This document shows positions 11,828 through 22,169 of a stretch of DNA of 64,000 bases, piece after piece. How positions within the stretch are numbered: the stretch's first letter is position 1; each line of letters begins with the position of its first letter. The translations under genes were made by a program, and so were the position numbers. The notes beneath the pieces were generated by a model. That model had not been told where the DNA came from. It saw only the letters and a program-made list of their open reading frames with translations, and did no database searches. The DNA comes from Macrostomum hystrix. Taxonomy: Eukaryota; Animalia; Platyhelminthes. Location: contig CATNEN010000014.1 in the NCBI GenBank assembly GCA_950097015.1, forward strand, positions 1,798,001 through 1,862,000, given 5' to 3'.

Positions 11828-12664
11828 ATGGCACACGCCAATGCACTTTTGCCACCCAAGTTTTCCGGCTCAGACGATGCCGACATCAACATGTGGCTGC
11901 AAATGTTTGAGGACTTCGCCACGGATTCCGAGTGGGACGACAAAAAGATGGCATCGAAAATCCGGCTGCTCTTATCTGGCGAGGCGCTCGTCTTCGTGTG
12001 GGACCTGCCGGAGGAGAAGAAGAAGAGCTTCGCGACCATCAAGGACGAGCTGGTCAAGTTCTACCGTGGCAAGGAGAACTCGTTCTGCGCCATGTCGGAG
12101 TTCGAGAGCCGGAAGCGACGCCAAGGAGAGTCGCTGAGGGAGCTGTGCCACGCTCTCAAGCTCCTGTACCGGAAGGCACGCCCTGACCACGATCAGACGG
12201 TGAGAGACTGCGAAGTGCGACACCGACTGCTGGCTCTGCTGTCGAAGGAGATTCGCGAAGCGTTGCTGAAAGATGCTGACTGCAGCAGCAGCAGCCCGGA
12301 GCAGCTGGCGGACCGCGCCACGGCTCTTGAGAGCATCGGCGGCAGAGGCGCCTCTGCAAGCATCGCGGTAACATCGGTGAGCAGCCAAGTGGTGGACCGG
12401 CTGGAGCAGATGCAGGAGCAGCTGGCGGACCTGGCTGCGACGGTCGCCACCATCAGCAGCCGTGGACAGCGCGGTGCGCGAGGAAGAGGAGCTCGGGGGA
12501 GAGGCAGCGGTCGCGGGAAATGCTTCAACTGCGCTCAGCCCGGCCATTTCGCGGCCCAGTGCCCCAGGCAGGCCGCGCCAGCCGTGCCGCCCGTGTGCAG
12601 CCGCTGCTCAGGCAAAGGGCACCGGGCCGAGGTCTGCCCGACCCCGGCTTCGGGAAACTTCTGA
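11828..12664 (+). CDS. gag: Retrotransposon Gag with two CCHC zinc knuckles
   Basis: 278-aa ORF with a capsid-like segment (FESRKRRQGESLRELCHALKLL), an RG-rich stretch, and knuckles CFNCAQPGHFAAQC and CSRCSGKGHRAEVC. Confidence 0.93.
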   Translation: MAHANALLPPKFSGSDDADINMWLQMFEDFATDSEWDDKKMASKIRLLLSGEALVFVWDLPEEKKKSFATIKDELVKFYRGKENSFCAMSEFESRKRRQGESLRELCHALKLLYRKARPDHDQTVRDCEVRHRLLALLSKEIREALLKDADCSSSSPEQLADRATALESIGGRGASASIAVTSVSSQVVDRLEQMQEQLADLAATVATISSRGQRGARGRGARGRGSGRGKCFNCAQPGHFAAQCPRQAAPAVPPVCSRCSGKGHRAEVCPTPASGNF

Positions 12665-12710
12665 GGACTGGTGACCGTGGGCCATCACCAGCCCTGCCTA
12701 GCAAGGCCCA
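12652..12710 (+). promoter_or_regulatory. -1 programmed ribosomal frameshift signal (G GGA AAC + predicted H-type pseudoknot)
   Basis: Slippery heptamer at 12652-12658 in the gag frame, with pol open in the -1 frame. Stem 1 is CTGGTGA/TCACCAG (12668-74 / 12685-91). Loop TGGGCC (12678-83) is complementary to GGCCCA (12705-10). Confidence 0.8.
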
Positions 12711-15700
12711 AACCGCTTCGCTCTTCCTGCCCGGCAGCATCGCAGGCCGGCCCTGCAGGTGGCTGTTCGACACGGGCGCGCAGGTGACGCTCGTATCAGC
12801 TGCCCAGTTTCGAGCTCTGGGAGTCGCAGCTCAGCTTCATCCGCCTCTCAGCACTCCGGTCGGGATCGATGGTCGACGCTTGGAGTCTCCGGCATGCGCA
12901 ACGCTGGCCATTCAGCTGGGCGGACTGCCGCCCATGGAGCACCCGGTGACGGTGGTCGCCGACATTCAGCCGGAATGCGTGCTCGGCATGGACGCCATCA
13001 GCAAGATGTGCTCAACCTTCAGCGTGGATCTCATGTCGTCTTCTGTCCTGCTGGGGTCAACCAGGATCCCAGTCCTGCCAGACAGGAACTCCATGCCGGC
13101 CTGCCGGGTGGTGCCCACCGCCGTGGTCGCCAGAGTCGCCAGCACCGTGTCCATCCCAGCCCGCAGCCGCGTCATCATCCCGGTCAAAGTGGCATCGTAC
13201 GTTGAGCAGGGTCTGTTCGAGCCCAGCTCTGACTTCGTCGACAAGACCGGCCTGCTGCCGAACCGGGCTCTGGTGGTCTCCAGCGCGGACGGCAACCTGC
13301 CGGTGGGAGTCTGCAACCTGAGCGCCGACCCGGTGGTGCTCTACCAGAATCAGGCCATCGGCAACTTCGACGCTGCCGAGCCTCACGGGCCCGACGGTGA
13401 AGCTGCGGAGGAGGCCGGCTTCAACATCAACCCGGAGCTGAGCCGGTCGCAGCGCGAGGTCATCGAAGCCCTGCTGAACCAGCATGAGCTGGCATTCGCC
13501 AGTCACGAGTTCGACCTGGGGACCACGCACCTACTGCAGCACGAGATCAACCTGGAACCCGGCAGCCGCCCCATCAAGCACAGGCAGCGGACAGTGCCAC
13601 TGAACTTCAGACAGCAGGTGGACGACAAGATCAGCGAGATGCTGCGTCACGGGATCATCGAACCGTCATGCAGTCCGTGGGCGAGCAATCTGCTGGTGGT
13701 GCGCAAGAAAAACAACGAAATCCGCATCTGCACCGACTGGAGGGCCCTCAACTCGTGCACCGTGAAGGACGCCTACCCGCTGCCGCCGCTGTCTGTCGCT
13801 CTGGACGCGCTCACTGGCAGCAGCTGGTTCAGCACGCTCGATCTCCGCCAAGGGTTCCTGCAGGTCGAGCTGCGCGAGCAGGACCGGGAGAAGACCGCCT
13901 TCTACACCACGCAAGGCCTGATGCAGTACAGGAAGCTCGGCTTCGGCCTCTGCAACGCCCCGGCGACCTTCCAGCGCCTGATGGACTTGACGATGGCGGG
14001 CCTGAACTGGACGGAGGTGCTCACCTACATGGACGACCTGATCCTGTTCAGCACGACGTTCGAGCAGCACGCGCAGACGCTGAAGGAAGTCCTGGGAAGG
14101 CTGCAGTCGGCGGGCCTCAAGCTGAACAAGCGCAAGAGCTGCTTCTGCTTCCAGGAGGTCGAGTACCTGGGGCACAAGATTTCGGCCGATGGGATCCAGC
14201 CAACCCAGGACAAGGTCAGCGCCATCCAGTCCATCCCGACGCCCGAGTGCGCTGAGGACGTTCGCCGGCTCGTCGGCATGCTGGGCTTCTACCGGCGGTT
14301 CGTGCCGCACTTCGCCAGCATTGCGAATCCGCTGCACCAGGCGACTCAGAAAAGTCGGCAGTTTCGGTGGACGGCAGAGTGCGAGGCAGCCCTGCGCGAG
14401 CTGAAGTCGGCGCTGTCGGCACCCCCAGTGCTGAAGCTGCCGGATTTCTCCAAGGGATTCCGGCTGTGCTGCGACAGCAGCGGCGTGGCCATCGCAGGAG
14501 TCCTCAGCCAGCTCCACGAAGGCGTCGAATGCCCGGTCGCCTACGCGTCGAGAGTCCTGAATAAGGCAGAGCGCAATTACTCGACCACCCACAGAGAGCT
14601 TCTGGCGGTCGTGTGGGCCATGAAGCACTTCCGGAACTACTTGGCGTCCGCCGGCGAAATTCTCGTCTTCTCCGACCACAAGCCGCTGCAAGGGCTGCTG
14701 AACACCAAGGAACCCGAAGGTCGCCTGGCCAGGTGGATCACGCTCCTGCAGGAGATCAATTTCAAGCTGCTCTTCAGGCCTGGTCGCGAGAACGTGGTGG
14801 CGGACGCGCTGAGCCGGGCGGCGGCGACCCGGCTGACACCCGCCTGGTCGGACGAGGAAATCAGCGCGGCGCAGGCCGATGACCCGGTGCTGGCAGCGGC
14901 TCGCCAGGTGCTCATCGGACGGAGGCCCCGGCGAGGCAAGGCCGCAGACGACGCAGAGAGCCTGGTGAGGTCGGAGAACCTGGAGCTTGGCGAGGACGGC
15001 GTCATCAGGAGAAGCGGCTTCCCCGTCATTCCGCTGCAGCTTCGCCAGGAGCTTCTGAGGCAGCTGCACGACGACCCGGCAAGCGGGCACCTCGGACTGG
15101 ACAGGACGCTAGCGAGGGTCGTCAACAGAGCCTGGTGGCCCGGCCTGAAGGACGACGTCCAGCACTGGGTGAGCAGCTGCGAGGTGTGCCAGCGTCGCAA
15201 GGTACCGCACCAGCACCAAAGGGCGCCGCTGCAGGACAACACCGTGCCGTCAACTCCCTGGGAGATGGTGCAGGTGGACATCAAAGGACCGCTGCCGGCC
15301 ACAGAGACCGGTCAGAAGTACATCATCTGCTTCACCGACGTGTTCTCCAAGTGGGTCGAAGCGGCCCCAGCGACCAACATCGAGACTCGCACGGTCGCTG
15401 AAGCCATGCTGCGCAGCGTCGTCCTCCGCCACGGGTCGCCCGAGGTCATCCACTCCGATCAAGGTCGCCAGTTCGAAAGCGACGTCTTCCAGGAGCTGTG
15501 CCGGCTGCTCGACATTCGAAAGACCAGGACGACACCATTCCACCCCAGCGGCAATCCGGTGGTCGAGCGATTCAACCGGACTCTGGGCGACATGCTGGCG
15601 GCCTACTGCATGGAGCAGCAGGACAGGTGGGCGGCTTTCCTGCCGTACGTCATCTGGGCGTACAACTCGTCGGTCCACAGCACCACCAAGCGGTCACCGT

Positions 15701-16272
15701 ACGCGGTGCTGCACGGCCGCGACCCCCGGATCCCAGCCGAGCTCAGCCTGCCCGCCGCCGGTGAGAGGCCGGTCGTCACGGACGCGCTGGCGGACGCCCG
15801 CGCCGGCCTGCAGCTAGTGCGGCAGCGCCTGCAGTCGACGCAGCGGTCGCGGAAGCAGCAGTACGACAAGCGCCAGCACTTCACTCCGTTCCAAGTCGGC
15901 CAGCTGGTGATGCTCAACAACCCGGCGGTGCAGAAGGGCCAGTCCAAGGCGCTCCGCCGGCGGTGGTTGGGGCCGTACCGAGTGCTCGAAAAGCTGGGCC
16001 CAGTCACCTACCGGATCTCCAAGCCCACCGGGCGGAGGCGGAGCTCGGTGGTGCACCACGACCGGCTGAAGGCGTTCGTGGCGAGGCGGCCGCAACCCGC
16101 TGTCCCGCAGCCCGCCGCCGACCCACCCGCTGCAGAGAGCGACCGGCCGCCCAGTCCGGCTGCCGACCCGCGTGAGACCTGGCAGGAGCTGCTGGACGAA
16201 CCGGCGCCTGCTGGGCCCAGACGCTCGAATCGGACTCGGAGGCAGCCAGATTTTTTTGTCGCGCAATTTTGA
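12652..16272 (+). CDS. pol: Pol polyprotein (protease, reverse transcriptase, RNase H, integrase), expressed by frameshift from gag
   Basis: LFDTGA (protease); GLCNAPATFQR and YMDDL (RT); CDSS...ELLAVVWA...SDHKPL...NVVADALSR (RNase H); H..H..CEVC, VDIKGP, SDQGRQF, VERFN and GPYRV (integrase). The ORF-track start at 12520 overlaps gag and is probably not the real start. Confidence 0.96.
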   Translation, partial: GKLLRTGDRGPSPALPSKAQTASLFLPGSIAGRPCRWLFDTGAQVTLVSAAQFRALGVAAQLHPPLSTPVGIDGRRLESPACATLAIQLGGLPPMEHPVTVVADIQPECVLGMDAISKMCSTFSVDLMSSSVLLGSTRIPVLPDRNSMPACRVVPTAVVARVASTVSIPARSRVIIPVKVASYVEQGLFEPSSDFVDKTGLLPNRALVVSSADGNLPVGVCNLSADPVVLYQNQAIGNFDAAEPHGPDGEAAEEAGFNINPELSRSQREVIEALLNQHELAFASHEFDLGTTHLLQHEINLEPGSRPIKHRQRTVPLNFRQQVDDKISEMLRHGIIEPSCSPWASNLLVVRKKNNEIRICTDWRALNSCTVKDAYPLPPLSVALDALTGSSWFSTLDLRQGFLQVELREQDREKTAFYTTQGLMQYRKLGFGLCNAPATFQRLMDLTMAGLNWTEVLTYMDDLILFSTTFEQHAQTLKEVLGRLQSAGLKLNKRKSCFCFQEVEYLGHKISADGIQPTQDKVSAIQSIPTPECAEDVRRLVGMLGFYRRFVPHFASIANPLHQATQKSRQFRWTAECEAALRELKSALSAPPVLKLPDFSKGFRLCCDSSGVAIAGVLSQLHEGVECPVAYASRVLNKAERNYSTTHRELLAVVWAMKHFRNYLASAGEILVFSDHKPLQGLLNTKEPEGRLARWITLLQEINFKLLFRPGRENVVADALSRAAATRLTPAWSDEEISAAQADDPVLAAARQVLIGRRPRRGKAADDAESLVRSENLELGEDGVIRRSGFPVIPLQLRQELLRQLHDDPASGHLGLDRTLARVVNRAWWPGLKDDVQHWVSSCEVCQRRKVPHQHQRAPLQDNTVPSTPWEMVQVDIKGPLPATETGQKYIICFTDVFSKWVEAAPATNIETRTVAEAMLRSVVLRHGSPEVIHSDQGRQFESDVFQELCRLLDIRKTRTTPFHPSGNPVVERFNRTLGDMLAAYCMEQQDRWAAFLPYVIWAYNSSVHSTTKRSPYAVLHGRDPRIPAELSLPAAGERPVVTDALADARAGLQLVRQRLQSTQRSRKQQYDKRQHFTPFQVGQLVMLNNPAVQKGQSKALRRRWLGPYRVLEKLGPVTYRISKPTGRRRSSVVHHDRLKAFVARRPQPAVPQPAADPPAAESDRPPSPAADPRETWQELLDEPAPAGPRRSNRTRRQPDFFVAQF

Positions 16273-16371
16273 GCTGCTAACTATTTTTTTGTTCTTATAA
16301 AGCTTGTAGTGCATCATTTTAAGCTGCCTAAAATATTTGTTTATTTTTTTTGTTTTTAATGTCCTCAATTT

Positions 16372-16384
16372 AGGGATGGAGTGA
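16372..16384 (+). promoter_or_regulatory. Polypurine tract
   Basis: AGGGATGGAGTGA immediately precedes the 3' LTR. Confidence 0.75.
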
Positions 16385-16561
16385 TGTAAGGTGTGCGGTG
16401 ATTCATTCTCGCATCGCGTCGTAAGTTGGCTTCGTAAATTGTGCAATGCGATGTACATTCTCTGGTGTACATAGCCAAATATAAAGTCGCTCACTTGAGG
16501 CTTTAGTCACCTCGTGTTTTCTCGGTTCTCGCGCAAGTCTCGCCTTCTGACCTAGTTTACA
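16385..16561 (+). repeat. 3' LTR (177 bp)
   Basis: Direct repeat of 11610-11786, followed by TSD GTGC. Confidence 0.95.
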
Positions 16562-17062
16562 GTGCAATATGGCCAATATTAATCTTTCTATATTCACTTC
16601 TATTTATAACCTTACCGTATTATTTCTATAAGTACTATTTATTAGTCTTTATCCGTCTTTATCAGTCTTTATCACTCTTCAATTATTCTTTATTCAATCT
16701 TCAATTCAATCATCAGTTCAATCTTCAAGTCCATCTTGGGCTTTACCAGTGGATCTAGATTTATAGCTCTCCCTTACTCAGTTTACTTCTCTTTCGCAAT
16801 GTCTCTTTCAAATAACTTCGACATGAACACTTCAAGATTCAAGCTTTCTTTATTCTGAACTCCGTCAAATGAGTATTATTTCTTCTCTCTTCCGCTCGTG
16901 TGTATTTATACTCAAACTTCTCCTCCTCCTCACCTCCGCGACTTCATTAAAACCTTTTATTTTCAGTGCGATTAAACAAATTGTATGTAAAGTTAAACAA
17001 AATACTAAATTTTCGCGGGAAATGGTTTCTAGAAATTAATAAAAATTAGGCTTATCTCAGTC

Positions 17063-17316
17063 AATGTCCCAAGGAGCAGAGAACCAATGTCCCTAGAAGC
17101 AGAGAACCAACGTCCCCAGGAGCAGAGAACTAATGTCCCTAGGAGCAGAGAACCAATGTCCCCAGGAGCAGAGAACTAATGTCCACAGGAGCAGAGAACT
17201 AATGTCCCCAGGAGCAGAGAACTAATGTCCCCAGGAGCAGAGAACTAATGTCCCCTCAGCAGCAAATCAGCAATGTCTTCCCAGCAGCAGACAACCAATG
17301 TCCCCACAGCAGCAGA
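17063..17316. repeat. 23-bp minisatellite
   Basis: AATGTCCCCAGGAGCAGAGAAC(T/C) about 11 times, degenerating rightwards. Confidence 0.9.
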
Positions 17317-17437
17317 GTCTTCACAGTTTCATGTTTAGTTCTGACTTCTAATTTGAGCAAGCCAGTTAATAATTTTAAAAATTTTAACATTGTTCATCTG
17401 TAATTTGCAGTTGGACCTGACAAGCTGTTGACCAACA

Positions 17438-18016
17438 ATGCCTAAGTTCTATCACTCGCGCAGCAGCAGCAGCAGCTCCTCGGATTTGGAGCATTACGCC
17501 ATGGCCGCCGCAATGGGTGGCGCTGGCGGCGCGGCCTTCATGAGCCACAAGGCGGCCAAGAAGATGGCCAAGCACCAGAAGAAGGCCATGAAGAAGGCGC
17601 ACAAGCACGGCTATGTGGCCGGCTACGGCGCCCCGGTGCCGCCGCCCATGGCCATGATGGCCGGCGGCCATCACAGCGGCAAGGCCGCCCTGTACGGCAT
17701 GATGGCCGCCGAGGCCGCGCACTCCGGCCAGCCCTACGGCCAGCCGATATCCCGAGGACCGCCGCCTCCGCCTGGCAGCTACCCGACACAGGCACAGCAT
17801 CTACCGCCAGGACCACCGGCACCGGGCTATTATCCGCAGCAGCAGCAGCAGCAGTACCCACCGCCGCCCCAGCCGGTTGGTCCCTATCCGCCTGGTCCCG
17901 GCATGGCGTACCCGGGTCCCGGCGCGGCCCCCTATCCTGGCGGGCCGCCCTACGGAGCTGGCGGTGCAGGTATGCCGCAGCCTCCGCCCGGGCCTGGCTA
18001 TCCGGGTGGCTACTGA
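17438..18016 (+). CDS. Single-exon Pro/Gly/Tyr-rich low-complexity protein with poly-Ser and Lys/His/Met motif (192 aa)
   Basis: GC-rich ORF in AT-rich flanks with the same codon style as the other host genes. TTGCAG acceptor-like site at 17410 upstream and AATAAA at 18165-18170 downstream. Confidence 0.7.
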   Translation: MPKFYHSRSSSSSSSDLEHYAMAAAMGGAGGAAFMSHKAAKKMAKHQKKAMKKAHKHGYVAGYGAPVPPPMAMMAGGHHSGKAALYGMMAAEAAHSGQPYGQPISRGPPPPPGSYPTQAQHLPPGPPAPGYYPQQQQQQYPPPPQPVGPYPPGPGMAYPGPGAAPYPGGPPYGAGGAGMPQPPPGPGYPGGY

Positions 18017-18989
18017 ACAGTCTCATCCGCAATGCTGGGCCTTTGTGTTCTGTTTTTTATTATCTTACAAATCTCGTTTAGAAACACTACTAAGCCAAAA
18101 ATTTGGCATAATAATTTTCCTCTTCTATTTTTGTACAAACTAAAAGCTAGTAAACAAATATTGTAATAAACGATGATCTTGATTGAATATTTATCCTGCA
18201 GTCTGTGTTGTCAATGTAGGCCTCAAGTATGCTTTGCTATTTTACTATTGAATTACAGATTTATTTTTAGAGCCTTTGTTGTATTTTTCCGAAATCTTCT
18301 ATCCTTTCTACTGACAGTAGAGATCTGCGCGGCGCAGTTGGCGCATTCAATATTAGTTCCATTAACTGCGAGGATTCAGCAAATAAGAACGGCAAGAAAG
18401 TCGCGTGATATTCGGAATTAAAATTTCGCCGGATTTCACCTCGGGGCCTGGGATTTTCTCAAATAAATCCCATTTTAATAACTGCCATTTATTTTCGACT
18501 GTCCCGGAGATAAAATTGAACCGCCTCGCTAGGGGGCTCTTTTGAGTAAGGCTTTCTCAAATTTGAATCTCGGAAATTTAAAATTGATAATGGACTGCGA
18601 GTGCTAATGCATTGATCGCACCAGCCCGCTAGAGAAGTCTTCGCAGTTAATTTAATTACCTGATTACTCTCAATGTGTTTACGACCTCCCTTCTTAGACC
18701 AATTCTGCGTGATTGCTTCTGTCGCTTTCAAAGTGTTATTTTTATGCAGTTTTTTGTCGTTTCTTTTGGATTAAACTGGACTATGTTTGCCCTGGAATGA
18801 GTTTGCTCTAATACTTAGCAAATAGACTGCAAATTGCAATGGTTGATGACGTATGACTCTGTTTCACATAGGGCCCAAAATGTGTCTACAGATTATCCTA
18901 CTGTGGTCATTATTAACCTAAGGTTGTTCATTTATCTCAGTTCTGTCGTATCTACTCTTAAAATCACTTCTACTAAAATCCTTCTCATG

Positions 18990-19278
18990 TGGATTCCCGT
19001 ACCCTCAGTTCCTCCTCAGGTAGAATCCCATACCTTCAGTTCCTCCTCAGGTAGAATCCCATACCTTCAGTTCCTCCTCAGGTAGAATCCCATACCTTCA
19101 GTTCCTCCTCAGGTAGAATCCCATACCTTCAGTTCCTCCTCAGGTAGAATCCCATACCTTCAGCTCCTCCTCAGGTAGAATCCCATACCTTCAGTTCCTC
19201 CTCAGGTAGAATCCCGTACCCTCAGTTCCTCCTCAGGTGGATTCCCGTACCCTCAGTTTCTCCTCAGGTGGATTCCTA
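18990..19278. repeat. 31-bp minisatellite
   Basis: CTTCAGTTCCTCCTCAGGTAGAATCCCATAC about 9 times. Confidence 0.93.
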
Positions 19279-20103
19279 TCCTCGATAACTCCTTGGGTTA
19301 GTTCCTATTCCCTGAAAATTACATTGTCAAGTTTCGGGCCCGATCATGTGGGTCAATGTCTCTACAGATCCTAATGTTTAACTGTTCCCACTACAAATTT
19401 CAGCAATTATTATTTTATAATTTCTCCATCAGATATCGCTGTTTGTTGCTCAATCACCAAGGCTATGTTCCTGCAGTTACGCATGCAGCTCACCTGCAGC
19501 AATTATTTAGCCTTTTGAAAGCAGCACCTGCTTTTAGAGCCTGATAAATGTACTTTTACTGAGCCCGCTGTCATGTGATGCCATCCGCAGGCGGTGGGGA
19601 GAGAAAACAGCGGGCTGGGGCTGCAGTACTTATCGGCCCCAGTCAGCCGGTCTATTTGCGGAGGCTACGTGATAAAACTAGCCGCGGCTTTTGGCCGGCA
19701 AGGCAAGGAGGGAAGAAGGCAGTCCTGCGACTATATGTATGTGTGGGCGACTGGGGCACCGCGGAGGCTGAGGTTGGGGTGGCTGCAATCGTTTTCAGGC
19801 ATGCCTGGTGAAAAGTGCATCTTATAAGCCAGACGAGACTAGCCGGCCGACTGGGGCTGGAATCTTCAGCCGGGAAATAATTGGGAGGATGATGAAGATT
19901 GCCCGCCGTGTAGAGGAAGCTTTCCTTCGGGGCAGTTTCCGTTTCTTTAAAATTGGGGAAGAAAAAGTTGGATGGGAAGCAGCGGCTACTGGGAGCTGCC
20001 CAAACTACTTCGGAAGATAACGAGACCCCGGAAATACTGGCTCAGCTTCCATCAGTGGATCCGACGGATACTGATGCCAGATCCCCTTATTCAACCGACA
20101 TCG

Positions 20104-21461
20104 CCTCAGATGAGCGGTCATCCCCTAAGATCCTCAGTTGAGCGGTCATCCCCTAAGATCCTCAGATGAGCTGTCATCCCCTAAGATCCTGAGATGAGCT
20201 GTCATCCCTAAGATCCTCAGATGAGCTGTCATCCCCTAAGATCCTCAGTTGAGCGGTCATCCCCTAAGATCCTCAGATGAGCGGTCATCCCCTAAGATCC
20301 TGAGATGAGCTGTCATCCCCTAAGATCCTGAGATGAGCTGTCATCCCTAAGATCCTCAGATGAGCTGTCATCCCCTAAGATCCTGAGATGAGCGGTCATC
20401 CCCTAAGATCCTGAGATGAGCTGTCATCCCCTAAGATCCTCAGATGAGCTGTCATCCCTAAGATCCTCAGATGAGCTGTCATCCCCTAAGATCCTCAGTT
20501 GAGCGGTCATCCCCTAAGATCCTCAGGAGAGCTGTCATCCCCTCAGATCCTCAGTAGAGCTGTCATCCCCTCAGATCCTCAGATGACCTGTAGACCTGTA
20601 AGATCAGTAGATCTGTAGATCTGTAGACCTGTAGATCTAGATCACTAGATCACTAGATCACTAGATCACTAGAGTCTAGATCACTAGACCTGTAGATCAG
20701 TAGACCTGTCATCCCCTCAGATCCTCAGGAGAGCTGTCATCCCCTAAGATCCTCAGGAGAGCTGTCATCCCCTCAGATCCTCAGATGAGCGGTCATCCCC
20801 TCAGATCCTCAGATGAGCTGTCATCCCCTCAGATCCTCAGATGAGCTGTCATCCCCTAAGATCCTGAGATGAGCTGTCATCCCCTCAGATCCTCAGATGA
20901 GCTGTCATCCCCTCAGATCCTCAGATGAGCTGTCATCCCCTAAGATCCTGAGATGAGCTGTCATCCCCTAAGATCCTGAGATGAGCTGTCATCCAGGTAA
21001 GATCCTCAGATGAGCTGTCATCCCCTAAGATCCTCAGATGAGCGGTCATCCCCTAAGATCCTGAGATGAGCTGTCATCCCCTAAGATCCTCAGATGAGCT
21101 GTCATCCCCTCATATCCTCAGTTGAGCGGTCATCCCCTAAGATCCTCAGATGAGCGGTCATCCCCTAAGATCCTGAGATGAGCTGTCATCCCTAAGATCC
21201 TGAGATGAGCTGTCATCCCCTAAGATCCTCAGATGAGCTGTCATCCCCTAAGATCCTCAGATGAGCGGTCATCCCCTAAGATCCTGAGATAAGCTGTCAT
21301 CCCTAAGATACTGAGATGAGCTGTCATCCCTAAGATCCTCAGATGAGCTGTCATCCCCTATGATCCTCAGATGAGCTGTCATCCCCTAAGATCCTGAGAT
21401 GAGCTGTCATCCCCTCAGATCCTCAGGAGAGCTGTCATCCCCTCAGATCCTCAGTAGAGCT
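20104..21461. repeat. 28-bp minisatellite interrupted by a short 8-9-bp repeat block
   Basis: GATGAGCTGTCATCCCCTAAGATCCTCA more than 40 times. TAGATCAC / TAGACCTG-type block at about 20585-20708. Confidence 0.93.
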
Positions 21462-22169
21462 TTTATGCACCAGACAGTTTAATGGTTGGTTCTTGCAAAA
21501 TTAGCGCCTTTTTCGGAGGGACTGATGTATTAGATGCCCATTTTTTCTGTTTGAGTCGAACGGAGCCATTCGCTACTGTGAGCCTTAGCTGACTTTGAAT
21601 TTCATTGTGAAATGTATCCGATTTTCTGTCTGCTTCCGGACTCAATGATGCACGGACGCGTCATCCTTGAGAACGCATGCACCGTTGAGCACTTGCACTT
21701 CTGTCTCTTTTTCTTGCTAGATTTCTTGTCACTCTCTTCTCGATTTCTTGTCACTCCATGCTCGAGTTCTTGTCTCTGCCCATTTCCCTGCCTAGAATGT
21801 CAGCTGCTATTTCACTTCGGGTGACTGCAGCGACGTCAATATAAAATTGAAATTCCCATGAAACCTTGGAGTCTATGCTCAAAGCGAACTCGCGCAGACC
21901 TTCAAATTTGGACTTCCTAATTGCGACAGGAAGAAGAGTTCTGTTCTGTTCCCCCCGTAAATTACCTGGACTGAGGGACGACAGGGAGGCGAGGACAGCC
22001 TCCACTTTTCCTGCTGCTTCCGGCGTCCTTCCGCCTTCTGGCTCTGCTGTTGCAGCTTGTGTCAGGACTTGCTGGCGATTCTTGACGAAATACTTAATTG
22101 ACGAGGAGGGGTGAAGGAGGGCAGGCATCGGGCGAAATTAGACAATTAAAGAGGGCTATCGATTAATAA

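Larger units (their letters stand above)
11610..16561 (+). mobile_element. Full-length Ty3/Gypsy LTR retrotransposon (4952 bp), apparently intact
   Basis: TG...CA LTRs, 4-bp TSD GTGC (11606-11609 / 16562-16565), PBS, PPT, and uninterrupted gag and pol with domain order PR-RT-RH-IN. Confidence 0.97.

Noticed and set aside
13666-15090. 474-aa antisense ORF within pol (and similar shadow ORFs over gag, OGT and KDM3, e.g. 51419-52621, 51639-52589)
   Set aside because: Expected by-product of GC3-rich codon usage, with no recognisable domains.
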